Assembly: GCA_965112155.1 (NCBI GenBank) | Contig: OZ218105.1 | DNA length: 64,000 bases | Reading direction: 5' to 3' (one strand) | Origin: Podarcis liolepis | Lineage: Eukaryota | Part shown: piece by piece, positions 1-12,750 of the stretch | How the letters are laid out: each line of letters begins with the position of its first letter | Position numbering within the stretch: position 1 is the first letter of the stretch | Notes under the pieces: model-generated | Database searches by the model: none | What the model was told of the DNA's origin: nothing | Seen by the model: the letters and a program-made list of their open reading frames with translations, nothing else | Position numbers and translations under genes: made by a program

Positions 1-1089
1 GTTTATTGTGAAATGAGATTTTATGAATAGACAACTGCACACTTTGTCACTGAAGTTTTAGGACATAGTCTCCACTCCACAAAAACATACATTGCAATAA
101 ATCAGTTATTCATTAAGGGGGCTACAGAACTCCTTGTTTTTGTTGCAATAGGCTAACATGGCTGTTCCTCATGGAAATAAAAGTCAGAATTATAGTTGTA
201 TTGAGTTCTATATATCTTCTTATAGAACTTGTAGTACTTTCATCTTGCCTTTGTTTTAGTCACGTGTTGGTAAAATGACAGATTTAATACTGTCATACAG
301 TTCAGAAGCTTCCACTGGCCAGAATGCAGCCACTCAGGTATGTGCTAAAGGAAACCTGTTACACCTCTCCACTGGCTTTTTCTCTGCGTCCAGGTACAAT
401 TCAGTTGGTTCATGATTTTAGTGATGACCTATGAAACCCTAAATGTACTGGATCAATGTGCCTTCCTTTGTATCAGTCTTCACTGCCCATAGTTTTCCAG
501 TCTCTTCTCTTCTCTTCCATGTAATTATGAAGAACAAATTGCTTTACTATGTCAAATAATAAAAAAGAAACAAGTAGTATCCCAAGAGCCACAGGTCCAG
601 ATGTTGTGGGTGCCACCTTAAATCATCGTCAGCCAACATGGGCAATGGTCAGGAATGATGGAAGCTGTAGTTTATAACATCGGGGGGTGGACATCAAAGG
701 ACATCTGGAGGTGCCACAGCGACTGTGTTGAGGTCACTCCACTTTTAAAGACAATAATCAGGGAAGAGAGAGTGTGGGAGGGTCTAAGGCAGGGGGTTAA
801 GAAAGTAGAGTTCATTTTAATTTCTCCCTGTCAGAAACAAGCACAAAGGGGGCTGTTTGGGAAGGAATAACCTTCTGATTCAAGGGATGTTGCCGATGCA
901 GCTTCCCAAGCCCAAAGTGCTGGACGCAGCTCTTCCTTTATTGCACGGCTTGGAAGTCTTCCCAGTGATTTGTGGCTTCGCGCTCATCTGTCCCCATTGC
1001 ACTTATTTTTGCAAAGGCTATCACTTTCACTTGCAGCTGCCTCTGGGACCCAAAGGTAGGAGTGCTTGAAATCAACATGGCTACAACTA

Positions 1090-1258
1090 CCGTATTTTTT
1101 GCACCATAACACTCACTTTTTTCCTCCTAGAAAGTAAGGGGAAATGTCTGTGCGTGTTATGGAGGAAATGCCTACGGGTGGCATGCCTACGGATTTTCCT
1201 CCTCTAAAAACTACGTGCGTGTTATGGTCGGGTGCGTGTTATAGAGCGAAAAATACAG
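1090..1258 (+). mobile_element. Tc1/mariner-pogo superfamily MITE, CCGTATTTTT family, short form (169 bp)
   Basis: TA|CCGTATTTTT...AAAATACAG|TA termini; near-identical inverted copy at 42204-42372. Confidence 0.85.
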
Positions 1259-1574
1259 TACATCTGGACAAGATGCTTGCAGCTGTATGGCCTACTACAT
1301 GCTCTCTCAAACCATCTCACCCTGGCTGGTTTGTGCCCGCAGTGGAAGGTTGACTGGGTGAATCCAGGGTGTAGTGAACGGCAGTGGTGTAGCCACTTCT
1401 GAAGAAAACATCCTGGAACCAAAGTTTATGTACTGCATGCTCACAATACACTTTTTTGTCCCTTTTTTTTAGCAAGGTGACTGAGAGTTTGGTGGCAATT
1501 CAGCTGCATACACTCTTCAATGAAATTGATGATCTTGACCCATTTCAGTTTGGGGACAGAAACAACCTTTACTG

Positions 1575-2400
1575 TCCTGATGGATGATCTTCAGGAGAGG
1601 GACAGGGAGATTGTGACCCTGTTGATTCTTCTGGGTTGCTCAGTGGTATCATATATTGTTGGCCGTGGTATCCTCCATGACGGTCTCCACCAGCTGTAGA
1701 TTGATGACACCATTTTATAGTGGTTTCACTCCTCCGTAAGGGGAACGTTCCAGAAAGTAGCATTGGGTTACGGTGCCTTCACCCCCTGACAGTTGATCTG
1801 TGGAGTGCCACAGGGCATGATTTTGTCTGAAATAATATTGTATCTATATGAAGCTACTGGGGGCAGTCATTAGCAGATCTGGGGCAAGGTGTCGCCACTA
1901 TGCTGATGATATCCAGTTTCATCTCTTTGTCATATCTGAAGCAGGAGAGGGTGTGCATGTCCTAAACTGGTGTCTGGATGTCATAAACTGGATGAGGGCT
2001 AATGAACTGTGATTGGATCATGAAAATCCTGAAAGGGCAGAGACCCTGTGGATAGGTAGTTCTAATGTCTGGAAATTGGGTTGTGTACCAGCTCAGAAGG
2101 AACAAGTAAGTACTTTGAGGTGCTTCAGGTCCATTGCTGTCACAATAAACCAAAATGATCTCAGCAGTTCAAAATGCCCATTACCCATTTCTGTACAGCT
2201 CAAAATGCCCATTTCTGTACAGAGAGAGCCTTGCTATGCATTGATCACCTACAGTACGCTGTATGTGGGGCTGCCTTTGCACCCATCTCGGAAACTGCAG
2301 ATAGTGCAAAAATACAGTTGCCAGGGGGCTGAGTGTATGTCTGAGATTAGATATGCATACACATCTTGAGGTCACATACGGATACTATGACTTGGAAAGC
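1575..2400 (+). mobile_element. Degenerate L2-clade LINE reverse transcriptase fragment
   Basis: Remnant motifs CGVPQG and HYADDIQFHL; downstream YALITYSTLYVGLPL resembles the L2 copy at 35570; many stops and frameshifts. Confidence 0.75.
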
Positions 2401-2599
2401 TGCCATTTCAGTTGAACTTCCACAAAGCCACTGTGCTTAGATAGGCTCTCTAAGAGACTGCTGTTCAATATTTTCCAGCATTCCTCTATTGGCTTGTTAA
2501 AAACATTAATATACCACCCTGCTAGATTTCAAGGCAATCTACAAAATAAATATTGAGGCATGGGAAACGGCTTAGTATAAATTGCAGCACCGGAATGCT

Positions 2600-5010
2600 T
2601 GTGTTTGTGTGTGTTGTTGTTGTTGTTTAGTCGTGTCCGACTCTTTGTGACACCATGGACCAGAGCACACCAGGCACCCCTGTCTTCCACTGCCTCCCGT
2701 AGTTTGGTCAAACTCATGCTGGTAGCTTTGAGAACACTATACAACCATCTTGTCCTCTGTCGTCCCCTTCTCCTTGTGCCTCTATCTTTCCCAACATCAG
2801 GGTCTTTTCCAGGGAGTCTTCTCTTCTTCTGAGGTGGACAAAGTATTGGAGCCTCAGCTTCAGGATCTGTCCTTCCAGGGCTGATTTCCTTCAGAATGGA
2901 TAGGTTTGATCTTCTTGCAGTCCATGAGACTCTCAAGAGTCTCCTCCAGCACCATAATTCAAAAGCATCCATTCTTTGGCGATCAGCCTTCTTGATGGTC
3001 CAGCTCTCACTTCCATACATCACTACTGGGAAAACCATAGCTTTAACTATATGGACCTTTGTCGACAAGGTGATGTCTCTGCTTTTTAAGATGCTGTCTA
3101 GGTTTGTCATCACTTTTCTCCCAAGAAGCAGGTGTCTTTTAATTTTGTGACTGCTGTCGCCATCTGCAGTGATCATGGAGCCCAAAAAAGTAAAATCTCT
3201 CACTGCCGCCATTTCTTCCCCTTCTATTTGCCAGGAGGTGATGGGACCAGTGGCCATGATCTTAGTTTTTTTGATGTTGAGCTTCAGACCATATTTTGCA
3301 CTCTCCTCATTAAAAGGTTCTTTAATTCCTCCTCCCTTTCTGCCATCAAGGTTGTGTCATCTGCATATCTGAGGTTGTTGATATTTCTTCCGGCAATCTT
3401 AATTCCGGCTTGGGATTCATCCAGCCCAGCCTTTCGCATGATGAATTCTGCATATAAGTTAAATAAGCAGGGAGACAATATACAGCCTTGCCGTACTCCA
3501 TTCCCAATTTTGAACCAATCAGTTATTCCATATCCAGTTCTAACTGTAGCTTCTTGTTCCACATAGAGATTTCTCAGGAGACAGGTGAGGTGATCAGGCA
3601 CTCCCATTTCTTTAAGAACTTGCCATAGTTTGCTGTGGTCGACACAGTCAAAGGCTTTTGCATAGTCAAAGAAGCAGAAGTAGATGTTTTTCTGGAACTC
3701 TAGCTTTCTCCATAATCCAGCACGTTTGCAATTTGGTCTCTGGTTCCTCTGCCCCTTTGAAATCCAGCTTGCACTTCTGGGAGTTCTCGGTCCACATACT
3801 GCTTGAGCCTGCCTTGTAGAATTTTAAGCATAAGCTTGCTAGCATGCGGTAGTTGGAGCATTCTTTGGCACTGCCCCTCTTTGAGATTGGGATGTAGACT
3901 GATCTTCTTCAATCCTCTGGCCACTACTGAGTTTTTCAAACTTGCTGGCATATTCAGTAGCACCTTAACAGCATCATCTTTAAAAATTTTAAGTAGTTCA
4001 GCTGGAATGTCATCACTTCCACTGACTTTGTTATTAGCAATGCTTTCTAAGGCCCAATTGACTTCACTCTCCAGGATGTCTGGCTCAAGGTCAGCAGCTA
4101 GAATGGTTTTCCCCATTCTATTGTTTTCTCTATTTCTTAGCATTGCTCGTTTAAGAAGGCCCTCTTGTCTCTCCTTGCTATTCTTTGGAAATCTGCATTC
4201 CATTTCCTGTATCTTTCACTATCTCCCTCGCATTTTGCTTGCCTTCTCACCTCCGCTATTTGTAAGGCCTCGTTGGACAGCCACTTTACTTTCTTGCATT
4301 TCCTTTTCATTGGGATGGTTTTCATTGCTGCCTCCTGTATAATGTTACGAGCCTCCAGCCATAGTTCTTCAGGCACTCTGTCCACCAAATCAAAATCCTT
4401 AAACCTTTTCCTCACTTCCACTGTGTATTCATAAGGGATTTGACTTAGATTGTATCTTACCGGCCCAGTGGTTTTTCCTACTTTCTTCAGTTTAAGCTTG
4501 AATTTTGCTATAAGACGCTGATGATCTGAGCCACAGTCAGCTCCAGGTCTTGTTTTTGCTGACTGTATAGAGCTTCTCCATCTTTGGCTGCAGAGAATAT
4601 AATCAATCTGATTTCGATGCTGCCCATCTGGTGATGTCCATGTGTAGAGTCGTCTCTTGTGTTGTTGGAAAAGAGTGTTTGTGACGAGCAGCTTGTTCTC
4701 TTGGCAGAACTCTATTAGCCTTTGCCCTGCTTCATTTTGAACTCCAAGGCCAAACTTGCCAGTTGTTCCTTTTATCTCTTGGTTCCCTACTTTAGCATTC
4801 CAAACCCCTATAATGAGAAGAACATCCTTCTTTGGTGTCATTTCCAAAAGGTGCTGTAAGTCTTAATAGAATTGATCAATTTCAGTTTCTTCGGCACCAG
4901 CAGTTGGTGTAAACTTGGATTATTATGATATTAAAAGGACTGCCTTGGATTCATATCGAGATCATTCTATTATTTTTGAGACTGCATCCCAGTAAAGATG
5001 TTTCCACTTT
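2600..5010 (-). mobile_element. BovB (RTE clade) LINE, 5'-truncated, frameshifted, with internal deletions
   Basis: Endonuclease (TWTSPDGQHRNQIDYIL...GSDH), RT (GVRQGCILSP, LRYADDTTL) and C-terminus (ESWTIKKADRQRMDAFELWCWRR) typical of BovB; (CAA)n tail at about 2605-2626. Confidence 0.95.
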
Positions 5011-5592
5011 TTGGATCAGTTGTGGATTAGGACATGTTTGCAGTTTTGTGTTTTCTTCTGGATCCTTCCTTGGTCTAGATATTTAGTTGGTAACTACAGT
5101 ATCCCATGCATTTGGTGAGAACTGCATCTAAACATGAAAGATTTGTTCAAAATGCATTTTATTTCAAGCACCTGGACGTCCTTGCCACCCGTGTCTCTGC
5201 TTAGGGGGTAGCTGTGACCAGGAGCACCTTGCTGATTGCGCACCTTCTTTAGCAGCTTCTTTAGCCTTGCCCCCTGCCATTCAGGCCATGGTAACTTTTG
5301 AGGTGGACACGGTCTGCCCTTGAAGACTATTTGGTGCAGAATCTTACCACTTGCCTTTTGGTTGAGGTGGACATCGGGAGGACTATGCCTTGGTGCAGTG
5401 ACTCTGCTGAACCAGGTAACAGGCAACAATGTGTTGTGAGAGACGCAAGCATGGCAAGCAGGCTCTGTGTCAACACCAGGCCCAGTCTGCAGGAATAGCA
5501 CAACCCACCAGTTGTAGCAACTGTGCATGTAGGTTTCATTCCTCTCACCCCACTCTTTCCCAGAGCTGCAGAATGAAATAAGGCACTTTATT

Positions 5593-6042
5593 CATAGCTG
5601 TCAACTTACAGATTTGAAAACAAGGGACCAGCAGCCAAAATGAGGGATTTTAGTCAACCAGCAGCCAAACAAAGCCTCAAGTGGTGATTCCCATAGCGCA
5701 GCAATCCGACAAAGGGGATGCAGCAAGGAAAACCACCGTCACCTCTCCACTGGGAAGCGCTGAGCAAAGGCGAGTCCCCAGGCAATGAGGCCAATTTGAT
5801 CGGCACAAGGCATGCAAGCTCCACCCCCCAGTCGTTCTTAGACTCCTTATTGGGTGAGCAACGCAGCCAAGCAACACAGCTGGAGCCTCCCTCCTCCCTG
5901 GCCGGCGGGGGGGGGAGAGGAGCTGCTTCCTTTGAATCCTGGGAAATTTAAGGGACATCATCAATAAGGGGGACATCATCAGCTGGACATGGCGCTGGGA
6001 TAAGGGACTTTCCCGCCAAATAAGGGACGGTTGACAGCTATG
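5593..6042. mobile_element. hAT non-autonomous element (Blackjack-like)
   Basis: 13-bp TIR CATAGCTGTCAAC; 8-bp TSD actttatt/acttaatt (7/8); subterminal AAGGGAC repeats. Confidence 0.8.
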
Positions 6043-7062
6043 ACTTAATTTTGCCATTAAACTAGTAGTAATACATTCATGATGCTGTGTACTCAAAGAG
6101 TGTGCTGGCTGGATGTGAGGAGCAGAAGTGGATAGCCTCTGCGAGGAGAAATCCCTTCCCCAATATGGCAAATTTTTACTCTCTTGGCTAGGCCAGTTTG
6201 AGCTGTTTGAGAAAGATAAGAGCACCCATGAAAATCGGCTTGGCTTTGGAATGTCACCTCTGGAATTGTCAACACTTGAGCACATATTGCATTTCATCCC
6301 TGAATTGCTGAGAGTACATTACACTTCCAGGGACTATGGGGAAATAGCCACTGCTCCCATCTTGGCAAGCCACTAGTAGGGACATGGCATATTTTTTATT
6401 TTTGTTACAGTAAAAGATACTGTCTGATTTCCATGGATTATGCAACAAAAGATTCACTCTGCACCTTCCATACAAATGCCACCACTTGTGACATCTTTAT
6501 GATTTCTTGTCTCCATGAGTTTATTGCTCTGTGTAGCACAGCAAAACTGGCCCTGGGACTTGCTTGCAGAATCCCATAGCCAACCTCTCTTTCAAGCAGG
6601 AACTGAACGCTTTGTTGCAGGGATTCCTCAAGTGCTTGAGTCAAGTAAAGTCCCTAAGTAAGCGTCATAGCCATAGAACACCAAATACATTTGTGATTTT
6701 AGTAGGGCTTGTATGGATGTCTTGTCATTTCAGAATCCCAGCTGCCAGAGGGCTTGCTGGACAGACTGCGTAGGCATTAAGTTACATTAATCAACGAATT
6801 AACTAAATGGCAGCCATGCCTGTCAATCATTCCAGAGCCTACGTAAATAATAACAAAGCAGCAACAGCAATAAGCCCCCAGTTGAACACCCAGCCCTGCT
6901 GTTGATTCTCCCAAGATGAAAGGGAGAAGCATCAAGCGCCACTTTTTTTGCCAGGGATGTTAACTCTCCCTTAACATGCATCCAGGTTTTGACTAGAGGC
7001 TGCAGCTCAATGTTACAGCTGCTGCTTTTCATCCAGAAAGTCCTAGGTTCATTCTTCTAGGG

Positions 7063-7604
7063 CAGAGCTTCCCAAACTTATTTGGCCCCTTTTCCAATTA
7101 TTATTTTTTTACTTTGCACCCCCTGGAAATCTACCTTCTTTAAGTGAACAAACAGAAAGATGCTGTGACAAATTTGCCTTCTTTTATGTATCTCTGTTTC
7201 TACCTACATCCTACAACATAATAAAGAAAATGTTGTTGTAAATATGACACCTTGAAGCTTGGAATTTTAAACTTATTTATTAAAATCAACCATAGTAACA
7301 TTTGCATTACACACAGGGTTCGCCCAAGCCCAGGAAAACCCCTTGCCTCCAGCAGGACCACTGGATCCACGGGAGGCCTTGTCGTTGTCCTGCAGCAGTG
7401 CCCAACCTGGCAGTCAATGTCATTATACAACAGAGGCATGTGTATGGACGGGTTTTCCAAATTTTCTTCTCTTCTCTTCTTTATGCTTCCCCCGCCCCCT
7501 TATTTTTATTCAACGCCCCCCAACTGAACCTGAGGCTACTGCTGCCCCTCTAGATCATCCCAGAGCCCCTCAGGGGGCAGTAGCGCCCACTATGGGAAAG
7601 ACTG
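7063..7604. mobile_element. Old hAT-Charlie-like non-autonomous element inserted in an old SINE
   Basis: Decayed TIR cagagcttcccaaa / tatgggaaagactg; TSD ttctaggg/atctaagg (6/8). Confidence 0.6.
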
Positions 7605-7943
7605 ATCTAAGGTTACCAGTTAAAAGATTCAGGTAGCCTGTGTCATGAGAGGCCTCTGCCGGAGTCCCTGGAGCAGTTAGATGAGCAAATAGTCTGAACT
7701 GGTGTAAAGCAGGTTTCCAGTGTGGTAAGCATCGGACAAGAATTTAAACACAAATTTAAATGATGATGATAGTAAATTGAAACATGCTCTTGGGCCGAAT
7801 TTGCATTAGTTGAGTGTGTAGGCCTAGCACAGGAAGGAAGTGGTGGTATAAACTGTGTCAGCACTGACTTCTGAGTAGGAAACATTTCCCACATAATTGT
7901 TTAGCAGAGACCATGAGCATTACCAGCAAATATATTTTGTAAA

Positions 7944-8190
7944 GAGCCAGTGTGGTGTAGTGGTTAAGAGCGGTAGTCTCGTAATCTGGGGAACCGGGTT
8001 TGAGTCTCCGCTCCTCCACATGCAGCTGCTGGGTGACCTTGGGCCAGTCACACTTCTCGGAAGTCTCTCAGCCCCACTCACCTCACAGAGTGTTTGTTGT
8101 GGGGGAGGAAGGGAAAGGAGAATGTTAGCCGCTTTGAGACTCCTGAAGGGGAGTGAAAGGCGGGATATCAAATCCAAACTCTTCTTCTTC
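7944..8190 (+). mobile_element. tRNA-derived SINE (Squam3-like) with (TTC)n tail
   Basis: A box TGGTGTAGTGG, B box GGTTTGAGTC, (CTT)n tail, taaaga TSD; highly similar inverted copy at 61293-61533. Confidence 0.85.
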
Positions 8191-9936
8191 TAAAGATTTA
8201 TACACTACTCTTCATTACAGATTCCATGGAATATTGCTGAGAAGTCAGCAATTTCTATATACGACAAGTGCTCAATGCAATTTGGAATTCCTTCCCAGCA
8301 CCATTTTGTAGAGTTTTTAAGGGGAGGATTCATTTTCAGGGTGGTGTGGGTATAGAATGGGTAACTGAATTTTAGTCTGCTTTGGAAACCCAAAACGTTG
8401 CACTACAAGCATTCCAAGCAAGCTGTGGCAACGTCTGTGAAGGCATCACAGAAACACAACTGTTCTCTCTGTGGCATGAAAAGCTGCTCACACCACTGTA
8501 GTTTATCTGGTATCTGTGGGTCGAGGTTTGGCCACCCAGCTGCCTCTCTAATGCCACCAGCCACATTCTACCATCATCTTATTCAGAGGCTGCAGTGTTA
8601 TCTTGCCTATTCTAAACAGTTGCAGGTCTAGGGTTACGGAGATGTCTGCTTGCCCATTGTGTCTGAAAGCTGTGTGCTGTGGTTTTCCCGATTATAGAAC
8701 ATCTCTCTCATCTGCAGCGTTCCAGGATGTCCATTGTGTGATCAGAAACGGTGCTTATTTTCTACGACATTGCAAGACCTCTAAGAGAGTACCTATTCCT
8801 TTAAAGTCTGTGATCCTGATCAACTCTGTACCTAACAGAGATGTGCATTTCTGTGGTAAAAAAATACAAACTACATGCACTAAAAATACATGCACTTAAG
8901 GCACTACAAATTCTGTGTCAAGAAAATGAGAATTCTGAAAGCTGCATGCCTTTGCTTCGTAACATATTCTGTCTTTTGCTAATCCTGGCACCAGCAGACC
9001 CCAGGAAGCAACAGACTTCCAAAAATTCACCACATATTTCTGCTGCCCCCCCCCCCCAGCCGATCTTCGTGGCTTTAAGTCCACATTTTGTTTTTGAGGT
9101 ACAGTACTTCCACAGGATGGTGGGATGCCCAGTTGAGTCAAACGAAGTGGTTTGTGGCAAGCAGGGTTGGGAGGAACCTAGCCCATGCTCACCTGGAATT
9201 CGGTTTTCCTTGTATTTGCTTATTTTGTGTTGCTAGTAGTAAATTACAACTTGTTTCTCTAAGACCATGAAGCAAGAGGAAAGTGCAAGTGGTGCAATAG
9301 CTCAAAAGTATGGCATATTCTTGGTGGTCCTGGGATACAGAATTTGCCTTCTTCCATCCTTATGTTTCCAAATCAATTTATACTTTTGATTTCCTTGAAT
9401 TGCATGAATTCACAATATATTTGCAGCGACTGAATGGCAATATCGGAACAAGTTTGCTTCCTTGGTGTAGTCACTTAAGAAATAAAATAAACCCTCTCTT
9501 AAGCATTCGCCTAATATTTTTATTGACAAAAGTGTTTTATGTTAATGAGATTGTCTTGCCTTATGCAAAACAGAGGTAAGCCCAAGATATCAAGGAACTC
9601 AGTGACAGCAGCTATGCGAGAAAGACTATTTCCAAATCCTGCTCCTTGTTTGCAGTAACTGACAGCCCTAAATAAACCAATATTTAATTTCTTCTGGGCT
9701 GCATCCAGTTGTGTGTCTTTGTTGACAAAAAATTTTTTTTGTCCTCTGCACACCCCTTCCCATCTTCTCTGGAGAGGTGGGGGAGGGAGAGAGAGAGACA
9801 CTTTGGGAAAGCATGGGAGGTGGCCTGGGGAGCTGTGGGAGAAAGGAGAATTCAGTGAAAGTGAATGGAAGCCTCCAAAGGATCAGTGAGCTTTCCATAT
9901 AGGGAGGGAAACAATTGTGTATAACCCCCTGAAGTT

Positions 9937-10124
9937 GGGGTAGGCAACACGGTGCACTTCAGGTGTTGTAGACCATAGTTCCCATCAGACCCCCCCCCCC
10001 AAACATGGCTAAAGATGATGGAAGTTCCATTGACTTTCACCATCCTTGATCACTGGCCAAGGTGGCTGGAGCTGATGGGACTGTAGTCCAACAACATCTG
10101 AAGGGTGCAGTGTTGGCTACCTCT
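9937..10124. mobile_element. Decayed palindromic hAT MITE
   Basis: ggggtaggcaacac...gtgttggctacctctg termini; internal ctacagtcccatca core shared with 40539 and 56538. Confidence 0.55.
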
Positions 10125-10587
10125 GCTCTAGAGCCACTTGCAGCTCATTTGCTTAAGGCAAAAACGATTCGGTGGCCTATGACAGATAATATCCCTATAA
10201 ATTTGGAAACATGAATGCTATGTTGATTTCTAATTCTTCTGAAAATTGATGACCTTTCAACTTAATCAGATGTTTGTTTGGGTTGATAAATAAACCCAGA
10301 TCCCATACCCATATATTTGCAGATCATGTTCAGCTGGCTAGTAATACAATGCTGCTTGCAAAGGGAAAGGTCTCATTGTTCCATTTCTTGGAGGAGGGGG
10401 GTGGGAAAGTTATTTAAAAAGAAAACATGAACAAACAAGAACCCTTGGTGTGATCTCTAATGTCAGTACTTCTCAAAGCACACCCAATAAAATCAATGGA
10501 TCTGCTCTCCATATGACTTGGGAGATCATACTATCATGCCTGCCTGGAAGTAAATCCTACTGCATACAAGGGAGTTTACTCCCAGCA

Positions 10588-10654
10588 AGATGAGCGCCGC
10601 AACCCCAGAGTCGGTCATGACTGGACCTAATGGTCAGGGGTCCCTTTACCTTTT
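10588..10654 (+). mobile_element. Sauria SINE 3' fragment
   Basis: gatgagcgccgcaaccccagagtc...ggtcaggggtccctttaccttt matches the 3' end of the copy at 15095. Confidence 0.85.
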
Positions 10655-10899
10655 AAGTAAGGTTAGAGCTGCAGCCTTAAAAATAACCAGCTGCCTTAAT
10701 TTAAACCACCTGAATGGCAAACACTTGAAAATACTGTGTGTGTGTGGAGGAAACCCAACATACCTAAAAGAGGCCATTTTTGTTTTGCCTTAGTATTGCC
10801 CCCCCATGGCAATCAAAACATAAACAAAGCCCCCCTGCATGCAACCAAAACAGACAGAATAATGGAAATGTAAACCATGACACAAAACATGCTTTCATT

Positions 10900-10905
10900 T
10901 TTATT
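10900..10905 (-). terminator. Distal poly(A) signal AATAAA
   Basis: tttatt on + strand; followed on the minus strand by GU-rich tgttttgtgtc...tctgtctgttttggttg. Confidence 0.6.
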
Positions 10906-11096
10906 CACAAAACAGCCTGAATCGCTAGAACATTACAAACAGCCTTTCAGTTAGTGATGGTCAGAAAGCAGGGAAACAAGGGCTTTGAACAGAAGAAAAA
11001 GACTCATATATGTTTCCAACAGGGGTTCTGCAATAGCTTTATATCTGAATTCCAGTAATGTTTTTCTAAAAGAGAATAATTGCAGTTAATTCCAGG

Positions 11097-11102
11097 TTTA
11101 TT
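11097..11102 (-). terminator. Proximal candidate poly(A) signal AATAAA
   Basis: tttatt on + strand; the downstream GU element is weaker. Confidence 0.4.
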
Positions 11103-11776
11103 CTAGTGTGCAATTCTTCTTAGTCTAAACTTAATTATTATTTTGCTTTGCTTTAAAAACTTGCCAGTTTTGCAGTACATTTCCACTTTTTCATACCAAA
11201 CATTTTGCTGATTAAACCTTAATCTTATGTGTATGTTAGGGAAAGGGAAACTACCTTATTTTAAACATATTCTCATTTATAAACATGAAGTTGAGCGATT
11301 CTAGAAACTAGCCACACTATTTTTCTTTAATGATGGAAATTAATCAAACAAAAATATGAATGAATAAACAGCTGTGCTAATTACAGTAGTGCTTATTAGT
11401 AACTAGATTTAAAAGGTTACTGTAAATTTACATTCTCTACACAAAAACTGCATCTTCCACACATAAACAACATCAACACCAAAACACAGGAAAATAAATT
11501 GATTGTCCATACTCTATAATGTCTTGTTACTTTATGGATTCTTTTAAAAAAATTATTTGAAAAGCAGTTAATGTTTGTTTTTTACTAGTACTCGAAGATG
11601 TTAAACAAATGCCAAAAAAATTATAAAAACAGGAATGAAATCTGCGAGAAAATTTTTTTGGTTCTAAAGGAGACAGAGGCGCATCCATTCATTTCCGCCC
11701 AAAAAAGGCCTTGCCTGAGACAACACAAGCAAGCAGTGACATTGCACTGGATGACAGAGCTTTGGGATTCTTGTTC

Positions 11777-11821
11777 CTACTGAAACCACCGGAATGCAGC
11801 GCCTGTAGGAAGCATCACTTT
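11777..11821 (-). CDS. CXXC5: CXXC5 last coding exon (KVMLPTGAAFRWFQ*)
   Basis: Minus strand reads polypyrimidine tract ...ttctcttctgtctctgcag|AAA GTG ATG CTT CCT ACA GGC GCT GCA TTC CGG TGG TTT CAG TAG. This is the known CXXC5 C-terminus, and phase 0 matches the donor at 20683. Too short for the ORF track. Confidence 0.97.
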   Translation of the reverse strand, partial: KVMLPTGAAFRWFQ

Positions 11822-12595
11822 CTGCAGAGACAGAAGAGAACAGAACAGGGACACATGATGAGCAGGGAGGAGAAGAACAAGCCCCGGGCAGAGTCAGCAG
11901 CTTTGCGCCTTTTAAGGAAAGTCCAGAACATTACACCACACACAATGCCCTGCCATTCAGCTGCAGTGTGGCTCTTCTTCAACGCTAACCTTACACCATT
12001 ACATATTTGTAATTTCAATTACGGTGTCCTCCCCTCCCAAATCTATTTTTCCAACTTTCTGCTCCTGCAAAAGACATATTTACAACTTCACATCTTCTCT
12101 ATTTGCAATTCTTCATGGTACCCAGTAGTCTCTTGTGAAACCTTTTGGCCCTTTGGCCAAATGCTTTTGCTGTATACAGCCTAAAGAAGTGGCAAACTGC
12201 TCTTTTCATACTTTCAAATGGTACTTTTTGGCAGGGTGTGGGGAGAGAGTGGTCTGAAGTCTCTTCCTCATGTCATGCAGAGTCCACCAAGAATAAACCA
12301 CGATTCCCTACTGACCATTCCAATAGCACAGCAAATGCCTATTGTGATGAAGGGACTCGTGGCTGGCAGTTAAATGCTCAGGAGATACTTGTGCATGTTT
12401 ATTGTGCTTGTCACTTTGTCAGTCACATGCATACATATCCTTACCCCTATTAACAGAGAGCTTCAGGGATGCACATTAATCTCCCCCAAGAGTTGCAACT
12501 TCACAATCTGGAAGGAAGAGTGGTAGGACAGGACTACCTATCTTTTAAAATTGACTTCACCATGCTGTGGCGTGCAACCTTTCCTGCTACTGTAA

Positions 12596-12750
12596 NNNNN
12601 NNNNNNNNNNNNNNNNNNNNNNNNNNNNNNNNNNNNNNNNNNNNNNNNNNNNNNNNNNNNNNNNNNNNNNNNNNNNNNNNNNNNNNNNNNNNNNNNNNNN
12701 NNNNNNNNNNNNNNNNNNNNNNNNNNNNNNNNNNNNNNNNNNNNNNNNNN
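12596..12750. other. Assembly gap (155 N)
   Basis: Run of n. Confidence 1.

Larger units (their letters stand above)
10880..11776 (-). other. CXXC5: CXXC5 3'UTR
   Basis: AT/U-rich, repeat-free stretch after the stop codon, ending at AATAAA signals; exact end inferred. Confidence 0.7.

Noticed and set aside
5677-6297. 206-aa minus-strand ORF
   Set aside because: It crosses the boundary of a hAT MITE and shows no recognisable homology.
1-10800. Exons of a neighbouring gene such as PSD2
   Set aside because: No ORF or exon with recognisable similarity was found downstream of CXXC5 in this window.
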